Below, piece after piece: positions 17,177 through 24,564 of a stretch of 24,564 nucleotides of DNA (positions within the stretch are counted from its first letter, which is position 1; each line of letters begins with the position of its first letter). The translations under genes were made by a program, and so were the position numbers. The DNA comes from a virus. Taxonomy: Duplodnaviria > Caudoviricetes. The notes under the pieces were generated by a model that was given only the letters and a program-made list of their open reading frames with translations, ran no database searches and had not been told where the DNA came from. The DNA is taken from positions 1 to 24,564 of the IMG/VR virus record IMGVR_UViG_3300031629_000077; one strand, 5' to 3'.

Positions 17177-17376
17177 TTTTGAATCCTCTCCGTAACACGC
17201 GTATCAAAGCTCTTTAACCTATCTGCTTTAACCAATCGCCCCCAAAAACCTATATCTCCATTTGTGCGCGGCTGATCAAGCACAAGTTTATAGGGTCGAA
17301 AATACCCTATACGTAACCACAGCGATTCAAAAAACGCTGTTACGTTCTCTAAATTACTTCTCGTTTTCATTATCAT
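17164..17376 (-). CDS. Small hypothetical protein (70 aa)
   Basis: Strong AAGGAG RBS, co-oriented. Confidence 0.6.
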   Translation of the reverse strand: MIMKTRSNLENVTAFFESLWLRIGYFRPYKLVLDQPRTNGDIGFWGRLVKADRLKSFDTRVTERIQKWIH

Positions 17377-17514
17377 TACTCTCCTTTTTACGTTGAATTA
17401 CTGCACGATAGTAGGTTCAAGGTGTTAAGTCTTGTATCGTAAACAGTACAAATAGTGTAGCCCCTACCTACAAATTAAACAATGAATAAAACTAATATCT
17501 TCCATAAGTATTCT

Positions 17515-18264
17515 CTATCCCCCTATAGACATCCTTGTCCTAGCGTCTTCTAACAGCGCCTCTTCACTATCAAAGACACCAAGCAACATACCATTAGGTA
17601 GCTTCTTCTTAACAATAAAACCCTCAAAATCAATCTCGACACTGTATCGATGACTGTCATGGCCCGAAGCATCTATCTGCATTAGCAGAAAACATTTGTG
17701 TTTTATAAAGCTCCCACCGTGCCAGCACCCACTCTTACTACCGAGCCTCACCATAATATATTTTCCCTCATCAGCCCTTACCTTGCCGTTCCCATCTACT
17801 TTTACTGAGCGCTGAGTAACCCTATCCTTACTATCAACACCCAACATTGCAGCCTTCACACCAGCACGGTCTTCACCCCCATCGTCAAAAACAATCTCGT
17901 ACGTAGGTGATGCTGTCTTCCCAAAGCATACTGTCTTCAATGTAACGCCATCCCAGCTAGTAGTATGTGCTTCAAATATCTCCATAGTTGTGAAGTTGGA
18001 GTTGGTCTCGTAAGCATAATTTCCCTGATATCGATTAAAAAGATTCTCCATCTCATACTTACTACCAACATCTTCGTCGTGATTAAAGCAATCCATGCGC
18101 TCCATCTCTCGCGCTTGAAAGAGCTTAATCATTTTGTCTTGCGCTGCTTCGATTGATTTGTTTTGCAGTTCTTCAACTTCACTTTCTAGTGTGTCTATCC
18201 ATTGTTGCTTGTTCATTTTCTTTCCCTCGTTTGTTTTAATCTTCATCGTCTTCGTTATTTGCAC
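17515..18264 (-). CDS. Hypothetical phage protein (start may be ATG 18216)
   Basis: 249-aa ORF with an acidic coiled-coil N-terminus; GAGGG before the internal MNKQQW start. Confidence 0.75.
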   Translation of the reverse strand: MQITKTMKIKTNEGKKMNKQQWIDTLESEVEELQNKSIEAAQDKMIKLFQAREMERMDCFNHDEDVGSKYEMENLFNRYQGNYAYETNSNFTTMEIFEAHTTSWDGVTLKTVCFGKTASPTYEIVFDDGGEDRAGVKAAMLGVDSKDRVTQRSVKVDGNGKVRADEGKYIMVRLGSKSGCWHGGSFIKHKCFLLMQIDASGHDSHRYSVEIDFEGFIVKKKLPNGMLLGVFDSEEALLEDARTRMSIGG

Positions 18265-18303
18265 ATCGGCTATTGATTGCTTGGCTTTTTGTAACCGTAA
18301 ACC

Positions 18304-18855
18304 TCATAACTCCCCATCAAAATCCAGCTCATCACCAAACCAATCGTCACTCTTAATGGTTAAGAATCCACCGCCTTGCTTCTTCTTAACTTGACATGAT
18401 CCAGCGACAAGAAGATGGTTAATAAAATCATCGATTGCATAGTCCTCACCCAACTTAACATGGACACCACGAACCCGTAGCTCATCCAGTATCTTTGTCC
18501 TAACTGCTACTCTGATATTACGTAGGGCATTCTCACCAACGATTGCAAACTTACCGTCAGGCTCGAACCGAACCTGCCCACTCACATCACCCTTCGACGC
18601 AAGCCGAGTCTTACCCTTTAACCAAGCTGGCTCTCTCGTAGTCACATCACTCTTGTAGCTAGGCTCAAACTTAGTATTGTTGCGGCCATACAAACCACTA
18701 TCGTACCCAGAAAATCCATCCTCACGCCCAACAGGATATCGATCGTAAACACTGGACTCATACGCAGGGGCAGCGACAGGCTCAGGCTTCTTAATATTCA
18801 ACAACCCATCCAGCGCACTCTTACCAACTTTAGAATTAAAATCATCGTTACTCAT
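18304..18855 (-). CDS. Hypothetical phage protein
   Basis: 183-aa ORF, ATGA overlap with the upstream gene. Confidence 0.75.
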   Translation of the reverse strand: MSNDDFNSKVGKSALDGLLNIKKPEPVAAPAYESSVYDRYPVGREDGFSGYDSGLYGRNNTKFEPSYKSDVTTREPAWLKGKTRLASKGDVSGQVRFEPDGKFAIVGENALRNIRVAVRTKILDELRVRGVHVKLGEDYAIDDFINHLLVAGSCQVKKKQGGGFLTIKSDDWFGDELDFDGEL

Positions 18856-19052
18856 GTGTCTTTCCTCATGTGTTTCATTGAAAAATAAACCTCATTACAA
18901 ATAGCTACTACTGTGACCCGATCCTTAGCCCTAACTCCACGCGCTCTAACCCTTGCCGATACAGCCACCCAAAAGCTAGGCCACATACCGACCTTGGGAT
19001 ACCATGCGAGCCAGTAGCTACGAACTATGCCAACCTTATCTGGCGTCTTCAT
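18852..19052 (-). CDS. Small basic Trp-rich hypothetical protein
   Basis: ATGA overlaps at both ends (translational coupling). Confidence 0.65.
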   Translation of the reverse strand: MKTPDKVGIVRSYWLAWYPKVGMWPSFWVAVSARVRARGVRAKDRVTVVAICNEVYFSMKHMRKDT

Positions 19053-21070
19053 CGTGCTTTGGTCGATGTCATCAGCTCGGAGTTGTCTACCTTGAAGCGA
19101 TCACCCACCAGTAGCTTTGCCAACTGATCGAACGCCTGTTTAGGCAGATCATCCAGATCATCTACCACTACGTAGTTGGGATAGAAGTGCTTGACTGCAT
19201 CGGAATGAATCCCAATCCCAACGCAATCAATCCCATGCTTACCAACCTCACCAATCTGATTACGTAGGTGCTGCGCCAGATGATTAGTACCGAAGTCACA
19301 CGTAACCGCTGGCTGCCCATCACTCAGTACGAACATGATCTTCTTCTTCTCTGGCCGCCGCCTCAAATGACCAGCCGACACACTCACCGCCTCAGAATCA
19401 GAGTTGTGACCACCAGCCAGCCTATTAATGACACCCAATCCCAGCCTATCTTGCACCAAGCGCCTCTCAAATCCCTTGAACTCATACACTTGCACTGGTT
19501 CATAGCGAGAGAATCTATCTGAACTACTAATCGCTTTATGCGCTCGACTTAAAAAGTTTTTACGCCTAGAGCCACTACCAGCAAGTTCACTACTAAAATT
19601 ACCAGCACCCACCGTCGGCGGCCTACTGCTACTACACAGAAAGTAGTTGTTAAATCCAAGCACCTCATAAGCAACCCCAGATTTCTCCATCACCAAGCTC
19701 AACGCAATGGCTATCTGTTGGGCTAGTCGGGCCTCGTACCCATACATACTGCCACTCAGATCAATCATCACACTCACCGCAGTATCCACTTCCTTCCGAT
19801 CTTCCCTCATACGAAAGACATTCCGGCTACCAGTAATAACCCGACTCAAACGCTTCGGGTCAAGCACCCCTACCTCTCGCGCTATTTCCCAATCACGTTT
19901 CTGCGTACTCAGTAATGCTCTTTCGAGCTTTCTCGCCATCGTACTGGTCTTACCAGACAGCGCTCGAACCTCACGCTCATACAGGCTGATGTCGGAGATT
20001 CTAGCCATATATTTTCCCATTGAAGTGTTGTCACCCAACCGAGAATATTGATCATGCTCAGTGCTGAACGGACGGTACGTACTACTGTCGCTCTTAACAT
20101 GATTACTAAACGTCTTCTCAAGACTGCGCTTCCTAAAGTCATCGAACTCCAACGGCGCATTACTACCACCCAGCTTAGTTTCATCCTCACTTGAGTCTTG
20201 AGTTCCGGGATTTAACTCACGAGAATCATCACCTTCACCTTCACCTTCACCCTCGCCATCACTCTCACTCTCGGATTCACTCTCACTCTCGGATTCACCA
20301 TCACTCTCACCATCTTGTTCCCCACCACTAGTAGGCGCTTTGCCTTTCGATGCCTCTTCACTCTCACTATCAGACTTTTCCTTCGCAGCAACGATGGCCT
20401 TACTCACCGCAATAGTCTCCTTCGTACCTCGAAGTGGGTCAGGATTACGACACTCAATCGCAAGGTCAACGAACGCCTCAACCTTAGCCCGTTGCTCATC
20501 ACTCATTACGTCCAGCGTCTTCTGTATACTTGGTGCGTTGTATCCCATACGCTTACGCCCTTCGGCGGTGATCATCAGCGGCATAGTCACATCAAAGTCC
20601 TGACCAACTTCAGGCTGCACCTCAACAACCTCAAGGAACTCGTTATAAACACTCTCGCAAGTCGCCTCTAGGTTAGCCTTTGCCCCGCTGTAATCACGTA
20701 TAGCCAAGTGGTCAACCCGTAAATCTTCTACCGCATTGGCAGTGCTACGCAGTAGGCCATTGTCAGACGCTTCACACTCTTGAATAAACTTCTTCACCGT
20801 ACCCATATGGGTATATCTCTTATGGGATGACTCGTGATCCGCATAACCTCGGCTCACCAACACATTCTCCTTAGTCATACGACTACCCTCAGCAAGCGAC
20901 GGATAGCAGATCGCCCCATCACTGCGAACGTATGCTGAGTTACCCTCAAAGATAATCTTCGCGTCCTTATCTCTACCAAAGACCCGGCTCGCCGCCGTTT
21001 GTGCTTGAATAAACTCCTGCGTATCAAGGCCATGCTCAGGTATGGTTGATACCGTTAGATTTCTACTCAT
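19049..21070 (-). CDS. cobT: CobT-like vWA protein with N-terminal HExxH module and acidic linker
   Basis: RGYADHESSH...NAVEDLRVD; SE/GE-repeat linker; GVLDPKRL...VFR; MIDAS DLSGS; RYEP, HNSDSEA, FVLSDGQP, VGIGI. Confidence 0.85.
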   Translation of the reverse strand: MSRNLTVSTIPEHGLDTQEFIQAQTAASRVFGRDKDAKIIFEGNSAYVRSDGAICYPSLAEGSRMTKENVLVSRGYADHESSHKRYTHMGTVKKFIQECEASDNGLLRSTANAVEDLRVDHLAIRDYSGAKANLEATCESVYNEFLEVVEVQPEVGQDFDVTMPLMITAEGRKRMGYNAPSIQKTLDVMSDEQRAKVEAFVDLAIECRNPDPLRGTKETIAVSKAIVAAKEKSDSESEEASKGKAPTSGGEQDGESDGESESESESESESDGEGEGEGEGDDSRELNPGTQDSSEDETKLGGSNAPLEFDDFRKRSLEKTFSNHVKSDSSTYRPFSTEHDQYSRLGDNTSMGKYMARISDISLYEREVRALSGKTSTMARKLERALLSTQKRDWEIAREVGVLDPKRLSRVITGSRNVFRMREDRKEVDTAVSVMIDLSGSMYGYEARLAQQIAIALSLVMEKSGVAYEVLGFNNYFLCSSSRPPTVGAGNFSSELAGSGSRRKNFLSRAHKAISSSDRFSRYEPVQVYEFKGFERRLVQDRLGLGVINRLAGGHNSDSEAVSVSAGHLRRRPEKKKIMFVLSDGQPAVTCDFGTNHLAQHLRNQIGEVGKHGIDCVGIGIHSDAVKHFYPNYVVVDDLDDLPKQAFDQLAKLLVGDRFKVDNSELMTSTKAR
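20228..20314. repeat. Low-complexity 6-bp and 18-bp tandem repeats encoding ESESES/GEGEGE linker
   Basis: (TCACCT)x3 and (TCACTCTCACTCTCGGAT)x2. Confidence 0.85.
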
Positions 21071-21492
21071 GTGTTACTCCTAGTATTTAATATAAGTTTT
21101 CTTATGTTATTGGCCACGCTCTTCCCTAGCTCTACATCCATTGGCTCACCATTGCGTTGGAATATTTTCGTAACAACTTCCCCACGCTTGTCTGCTTTGT
21201 AAGATGATCGCCACCGAAGATGGATTAGGTAGGCCATATACGTCAGTGCAATAACCCCTACGATTAAGGAAGTAACATCAATCTTCTCCGTTAAAATGTA
21301 AACGCTAAGGAACAATGTAAACAACAAGAAACAGATAGCGTTCAAGCTATCATTCACCATCTCTTTACGTCGGTTACTACCCACCACAACGAACACCTTA
21401 AGCCTCGTGCCTTCCTTCGCAGACACCAACAACCTAACCTCACGTTCTGCTGAGGCTTTCGTTGTAAGGTCATACGTCCTTTGGTCAATCAT
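21067..21492 (-). CDS. Hypothetical membrane protein (two TM segments)
   Basis: AICFLLFTLFLSVYIL and SLIVGVIALTYMAYLI hydrophobic stretches. Confidence 0.7.
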   Translation of the reverse strand: MIDQRTYDLTTKASAEREVRLLVSAKEGTRLKVFVVVGSNRRKEMVNDSLNAICFLLFTLFLSVYILTEKIDVTSLIVGVIALTYMAYLIHLRWRSSYKADKRGEVVTKIFQRNGEPMDVELGKSVANNIRKLILNTRSNT

Positions 21493-21664
21493 CTCTCACA
21501 CCCCCCATTGACTGTATAACTAAAAAATCCAGCATGAACTTGGCGTAATGCACATCAAGCATCTTGTTATCGAACTGGAACGTATCTTTACCATCCGCAA
21601 CAGCCTTAGCCTGTGCTTTACGCAGGGCATTAATCTGCTTATAGGTAGTGTTAGGTACATTCAT
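21485..21664 (-). CDS. Small phage protein (59 aa, MNVPNTTYKQINALRKAQAKAVADGKDTFQFDNKMLDVHYAKFMLDFL...)
   Basis: Not in the ORF track; TAATG overlap with the cobS stop; fills the gap exactly. Confidence 0.75.
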   Translation of the reverse strand: MNVPNTTYKQINALRKAQAKAVADGKDTFQFDNKMLDVHYAKFMLDFLVIQSMGGVRDD

Positions 21665-23865
21665 TAGTTAAACGTCCGATCAACAAGCTCATTGATCTTC
21701 GATGCATCGGCATGTGTCACCGACCCTAAGATCGTAGACTCAAGCGCCAATCTCACGCCATCAGCCTCATGCTTTTCGTAGCTGGTGAAGTCGCTGATCG
21801 CTGACGCTAGAGAAACCACCCCTCGTGGACTCATTGGCTTCAATATTGCGGCTTGCTTGAACGCTTCTCTATGCTCACAAACATACTTGATTATCTTGTC
21901 CACCATCGCTTCGGGCAGTGAAGGTACTTTCGCAGACACTAACGCCTTCTCCTTATCAGAATCTAAGTAAGGGACTTCTATCCAGCACTGGAATCTATCC
22001 AAGAAAGCCTGACTCTGAACTCTCGCACCCTGATACAAACCAAACTCATCTCCTTGGCCCTGTGTATTTGCAGTGGCAATAATCCTAGAGTAGGGATGTG
22101 GCTGCACCAATCGACCTGCATCCTCAGTCAGTAGCAAGCCCTTATCTTCCAAGGCTCGTTGAAACACGTAAGCAATGTCACTACGCACAAAGTCGAACTC
22201 GTCACCACAAATCACATAGGGTTGCGCTAACATCTGAGGCAGTATCCCCTCGACAAACTTGGTGATGGTGTTGCCATGCTCATCCGTTTCAAGCCCTGCA
22301 TTACCAATCAAATCCATGCGAGTAATCTCCGAGTCAAAGTTGATACGTGCAAAAGGCCACTTCAATATGGCACATGCCTGTTCAACCAACGTCGTCTTGC
22401 CAGTACCAGTATGGCCATGAACCCACGGTTTCATGTTCTTGGTGATTCCCCAGATAATCTTGAGTAAGATATCCCACCGCCACTGGTAATCAGTATCGAA
22501 CTTAGGTACGTGAGGATGTTCCGATTCCCACACAAAGTAGGGTACTTCGAAAGCAAAGCGTCCACGCTCTGCCACTGGTATATCCATGCCCAACTCATCG
22601 AGGATATCAATCACCTTACGAGTCAATGTCTCACCCTTGGGAATAACACCATCGCTACTAGCATCAATCGATACGGGAGCCATCTTCACTATTGCCGCAG
22701 CAGTACGTGCCTTTGCCAATGCATCGGTTAGCTCTGCGTTTTCATTGATTGAGCCATTAATCTCATCACACAACTGTTCAAACGAACCCATCTTGCTGCT
22801 ACTCATTGCTGAGTTGATGATGGATAGCATCGTGGTATCGATCTTCGCTGCGTCGTACTTGCTGGTCGCTACTGTCATAGTTTCTACCTCGGTTGTTGTA
22901 GTTGTAACTCCATCGATTAATTTGAGCAGCTCAACAGACGCAGCTAACTCGGTATCGGAAACTTTATCTGTATCGACCCTCAACTTACTCAGTGCCTCGT
23001 CATTCTTACTCAGCTTCTCAATGCTATTAACGAACCCTTTGTTGATGCCTTGTAGCATTCGCATCTTTTCGAACAGCAAGTCAAAATCAACGTCATTAGA
23101 TGAGTCGTACGTCATTGCAAACACATTCAGTGTCTCTCGCAGATCAAACCCTGAACAATCAACCGCAGGAGTCCAGCTTGAAACGCTTGTTATTTCTCCG
23201 CCATCGAAGGGGATGGATACAGGCTCAGTGGTGACAGTAGTGGTGGGAAGTCCAGATAATATTCCGAGAGGATCGGGAAACTCTTCTTCGATGGGTTCGG
23301 GAATAGGGGTGGGTAATGATGCGATAGGGGCGGTTGTTTCCAAACGCCATTTCTCCATGAAGTCCTCAGTGATGGCGTAATACCCCTCTAGTGATGTCTC
23401 GAATTCATGGCCATATTGATCCAAATACCAATCCCTCACCAAGGCATAAAGCAAGGTGGCAGCTTTTTCATGAAGCCCAACGTGCCTGACTCCGTCAACG
23501 ACTGCTCCAAAGTCATATGGGTCGAGCAAAGCCTCAACGTATTCGTCTCCCGTCGTAAGACCTAGAGCAATGACATAATGGGTCAACTTTGACGTATAAT
23601 CTCGTATACTACTTAGGGTAGGCTTCATTGCCCCTGAGTGGCTTGCGGACAGTAGTTTATATTTACCTTTCTCAGATTCCTTCTTGAGACGCGGTAAATT
23701 AGTGTGTGTAATCATTGCGTGTATTAGGCTTTGATTAGCTTTCAGCCTTGTCATACGTTGAATTGCCGATGATGTGTCGAATGCTCCTGCTATGGAGATA
23801 ATGGAGTCGGCTGATGGGGTAACGATGGAATAATCATTCAATAATTCGCGGGTTGTTTTACTCAT
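21664..23865 (-). CDS. cobS: CobS-like (MoxR clade) AAA+ ATPase with ~400-aa N-terminal extension
   Basis: HVPKFDTDYQW, Walker A HGHTGTGKTT, RINFDSEITRMDLIG, Walker B CGDEFD, IATANTQGQGD..GLYQG, AFLDRF, MSPRG. Confidence 0.88.
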   Translation of the reverse strand: MSKTTRELLNDYSIVTPSADSIISIAGAFDTSSAIQRMTRLKANQSLIHAMITHTNLPRLKKESEKGKYKLLSASHSGAMKPTLSSIRDYTSKLTHYVIALGLTTGDEYVEALLDPYDFGAVVDGVRHVGLHEKAATLLYALVRDWYLDQYGHEFETSLEGYYAITEDFMEKWRLETTAPIASLPTPIPEPIEEEFPDPLGILSGLPTTTVTTEPVSIPFDGGEITSVSSWTPAVDCSGFDLRETLNVFAMTYDSSNDVDFDLLFEKMRMLQGINKGFVNSIEKLSKNDEALSKLRVDTDKVSDTELAASVELLKLIDGVTTTTTEVETMTVATSKYDAAKIDTTMLSIINSAMSSSKMGSFEQLCDEINGSINENAELTDALAKARTAAAIVKMAPVSIDASSDGVIPKGETLTRKVIDILDELGMDIPVAERGRFAFEVPYFVWESEHPHVPKFDTDYQWRWDILLKIIWGITKNMKPWVHGHTGTGKTTLVEQACAILKWPFARINFDSEITRMDLIGNAGLETDEHGNTITKFVEGILPQMLAQPYVICGDEFDFVRSDIAYVFQRALEDKGLLLTEDAGRLVQPHPYSRIIATANTQGQGDEFGLYQGARVQSQAFLDRFQCWIEVPYLDSDKEKALVSAKVPSLPEAMVDKIIKYVCEHREAFKQAAILKPMSPRGVVSLASAISDFTSYEKHEADGVRLALESTILGSVTHADASKINELVDRTFN

Positions 23866-23963
23866 ATGTATGTCTCATTTTTTGTTGTGGAAAAGGATAA
23901 AGAGCCGAACTGAATGCCGACTCTTTCATAACTCCTTCCTTTGGAACGGCGGGTAGGAAACAC

Positions 23964-24047
23964 CTACAAGGCAAAGCCTAAAAATACAAAGGCAAAGAAC
24001 GTTGCAAGCCCAGCCATCGTGATGATGTCTATCAGTAGGTTTTTCAT
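23964..24047 (-). CDS. 27-aa single-TM peptide MKNLLIDIITMAGLATFFAFVFLGFAL
   Basis: GAGGA RBS; starts 2 nt after the upstream stop; hydrophobic. Confidence 0.55.
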   Translation of the reverse strand: MKNLLIDIITMAGLATFFAFVFLGFAL

Positions 24048-24049
24048 AA

Positions 24050-24214
24050 TCAATCCTCACTATGCTGGTTGAATCGTTCACTCAGCTCGTTAGCATCAAG
24101 CATTTCACCGCACTCATTGTCGGACATCCATATAGCGCACATGAGCAACGCCATCATAGGATCGAGGTTGCCGTCTTCGACTAGCTCGATTAACTTATCT
24201 TTGTTGTCTTTCAT
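24050..24214 (-). CDS. Small acidic phage protein (54 aa, MKDNKDKLIELVEDGNLDPMMALLMC...)
   Basis: GGAG RBS, tight packing; not in the ORF track. Confidence 0.75.
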   Translation of the reverse strand: MKDNKDKLIELVEDGNLDPMMALLMCAIWMSDNECGEMLDANELSERFNQHSED

Positions 24215-24215
24215 A

Positions 24216-24389
24216 TCAATTCTCCAGTATCGTTATGCTGATGGCGTCTTGCGTGTAATCCTCTTCGTGGCCATCTTGAGAGGGGTTAAAATCCTCATTG
24301 GCTACTTGAGAAGCGTGTTCAGAATCAGTCGCAAGAACAGTTATTGTCTTAGTGATGGTTGCTTGTATGACCACTTCATATTCATTCAT
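24216..24389 (-). CDS. Small acidic phage protein (57 aa, MNEYEVVIQATITKTITVLA...; DpnD/PcfM-like pattern)
   Basis: TAATG overlap with the upstream ORF; Y.V.I.....I.V.A....A pattern. Confidence 0.7.
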   Translation of the reverse strand: MNEYEVVIQATITKTITVLATDSEHASQVANEDFNPSQDGHEEDYTQDAISITILEN

Positions 24390-24564
24390 TAGTGAAGCAC
24401 CATGAGGCCAGCTTCGTCGTCAATCTCAAGCGCTTGTCTGGAAACTTCTTCCATTAGCCCATGTATTAACTGATCCAAACCCTCGCTCTCCGCCTCTTGA
24501 ACCCTTGCTGGAATAATCTTGGTGATCTCGGTATTGAGATATTCATCAAGGTCTTCCATGAGAA
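24389..24564 (-). CDS. Partial acidic hypothetical protein (runs off window)
   Basis: Open frame ...LMEDLDEYLNTEITKIIP...GLMVLH* ending in a TAATG overlap. Confidence 0.65.
   Translation of the reverse strand, partial: LMEDLDEYLNTEITKIIPARVQEAESEGLDQLIHGLMEEVSRQALEIDDEAGLMVLH

Larger units (their letters stand above)
1..24564. mobile_element. Fragment of a temperate tailed-phage genome (free/excised form)
   Basis: Dense modular phage gene content (virion polyvalent protein, Sak4/SSB/Cas4-like, Prim-Pol helicase, resolvase, integrase). The tRNA 3' fragment has phage genes on both sides, and no housekeeping genes are present. Confidence 0.93.

Noticed and set aside
22586-23380. 264-aa plus-strand ORF
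   Set aside because: Ser/Leu-rich antisense shadow of cobS; likewise the antisense ORFs within the giant gene, primase and cobT.
19049-23865. Cobalamin-biosynthesis auxiliary metabolic genes
   Set aside because: No CobN or other cob genes in the window, and the domain architecture is atypical.
24069-24392. 107-aa plus-strand ORF
   Set aside because: Antisense to coupled minus-strand small ORFs that have better RBSs and packing.

Overview
The whole window looks like a tailed, probably temperate phage genome in its non-integrated form, with no host genes visible. From left to right: (1) a probably 5'-truncated, >=2300-aa polyvalent/internal virion protein with two HExxH zincin-like modules, an ADP-ribosyltransferase-like domain and an LPD38-like helical C-terminus; (2) a converging minus-strand recombination operon (Sak4-like AAA_24 ATPase, DUF669-like SSB, DUF3310, Cas4-like nuclease, a small secreted repeat protein, small ORFs); (3) a divergent plus-strand replication operon (Cro-like HTH, Prim-Pol/AAA_25 primase-helicase, candidate origin, HTH-Zn-finger protein, Holliday junction resolvase); (4) an attP made of the 3' part of a tRNA-Ser(GCT), next to a short tyrosine integrase and a LuxR-type HTH gene; (5) a minus-strand block with a CobS-like AAA+ ATPase, a CobT-like vWA/HExxH partner and many small ORFs. 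Two non-coding signals stand out. One is an ACACCTAA(AG) box shared by the attP arms, two candidate promoters and an intergenic site. The other is a run of five TTGCC-initiated hairpins at ~60-nt spacing, three inside a secreted-protein ORF, about 0.4 kb from the Cas4-like gene. All family calls come from motif recognition by eye; no searches were run.
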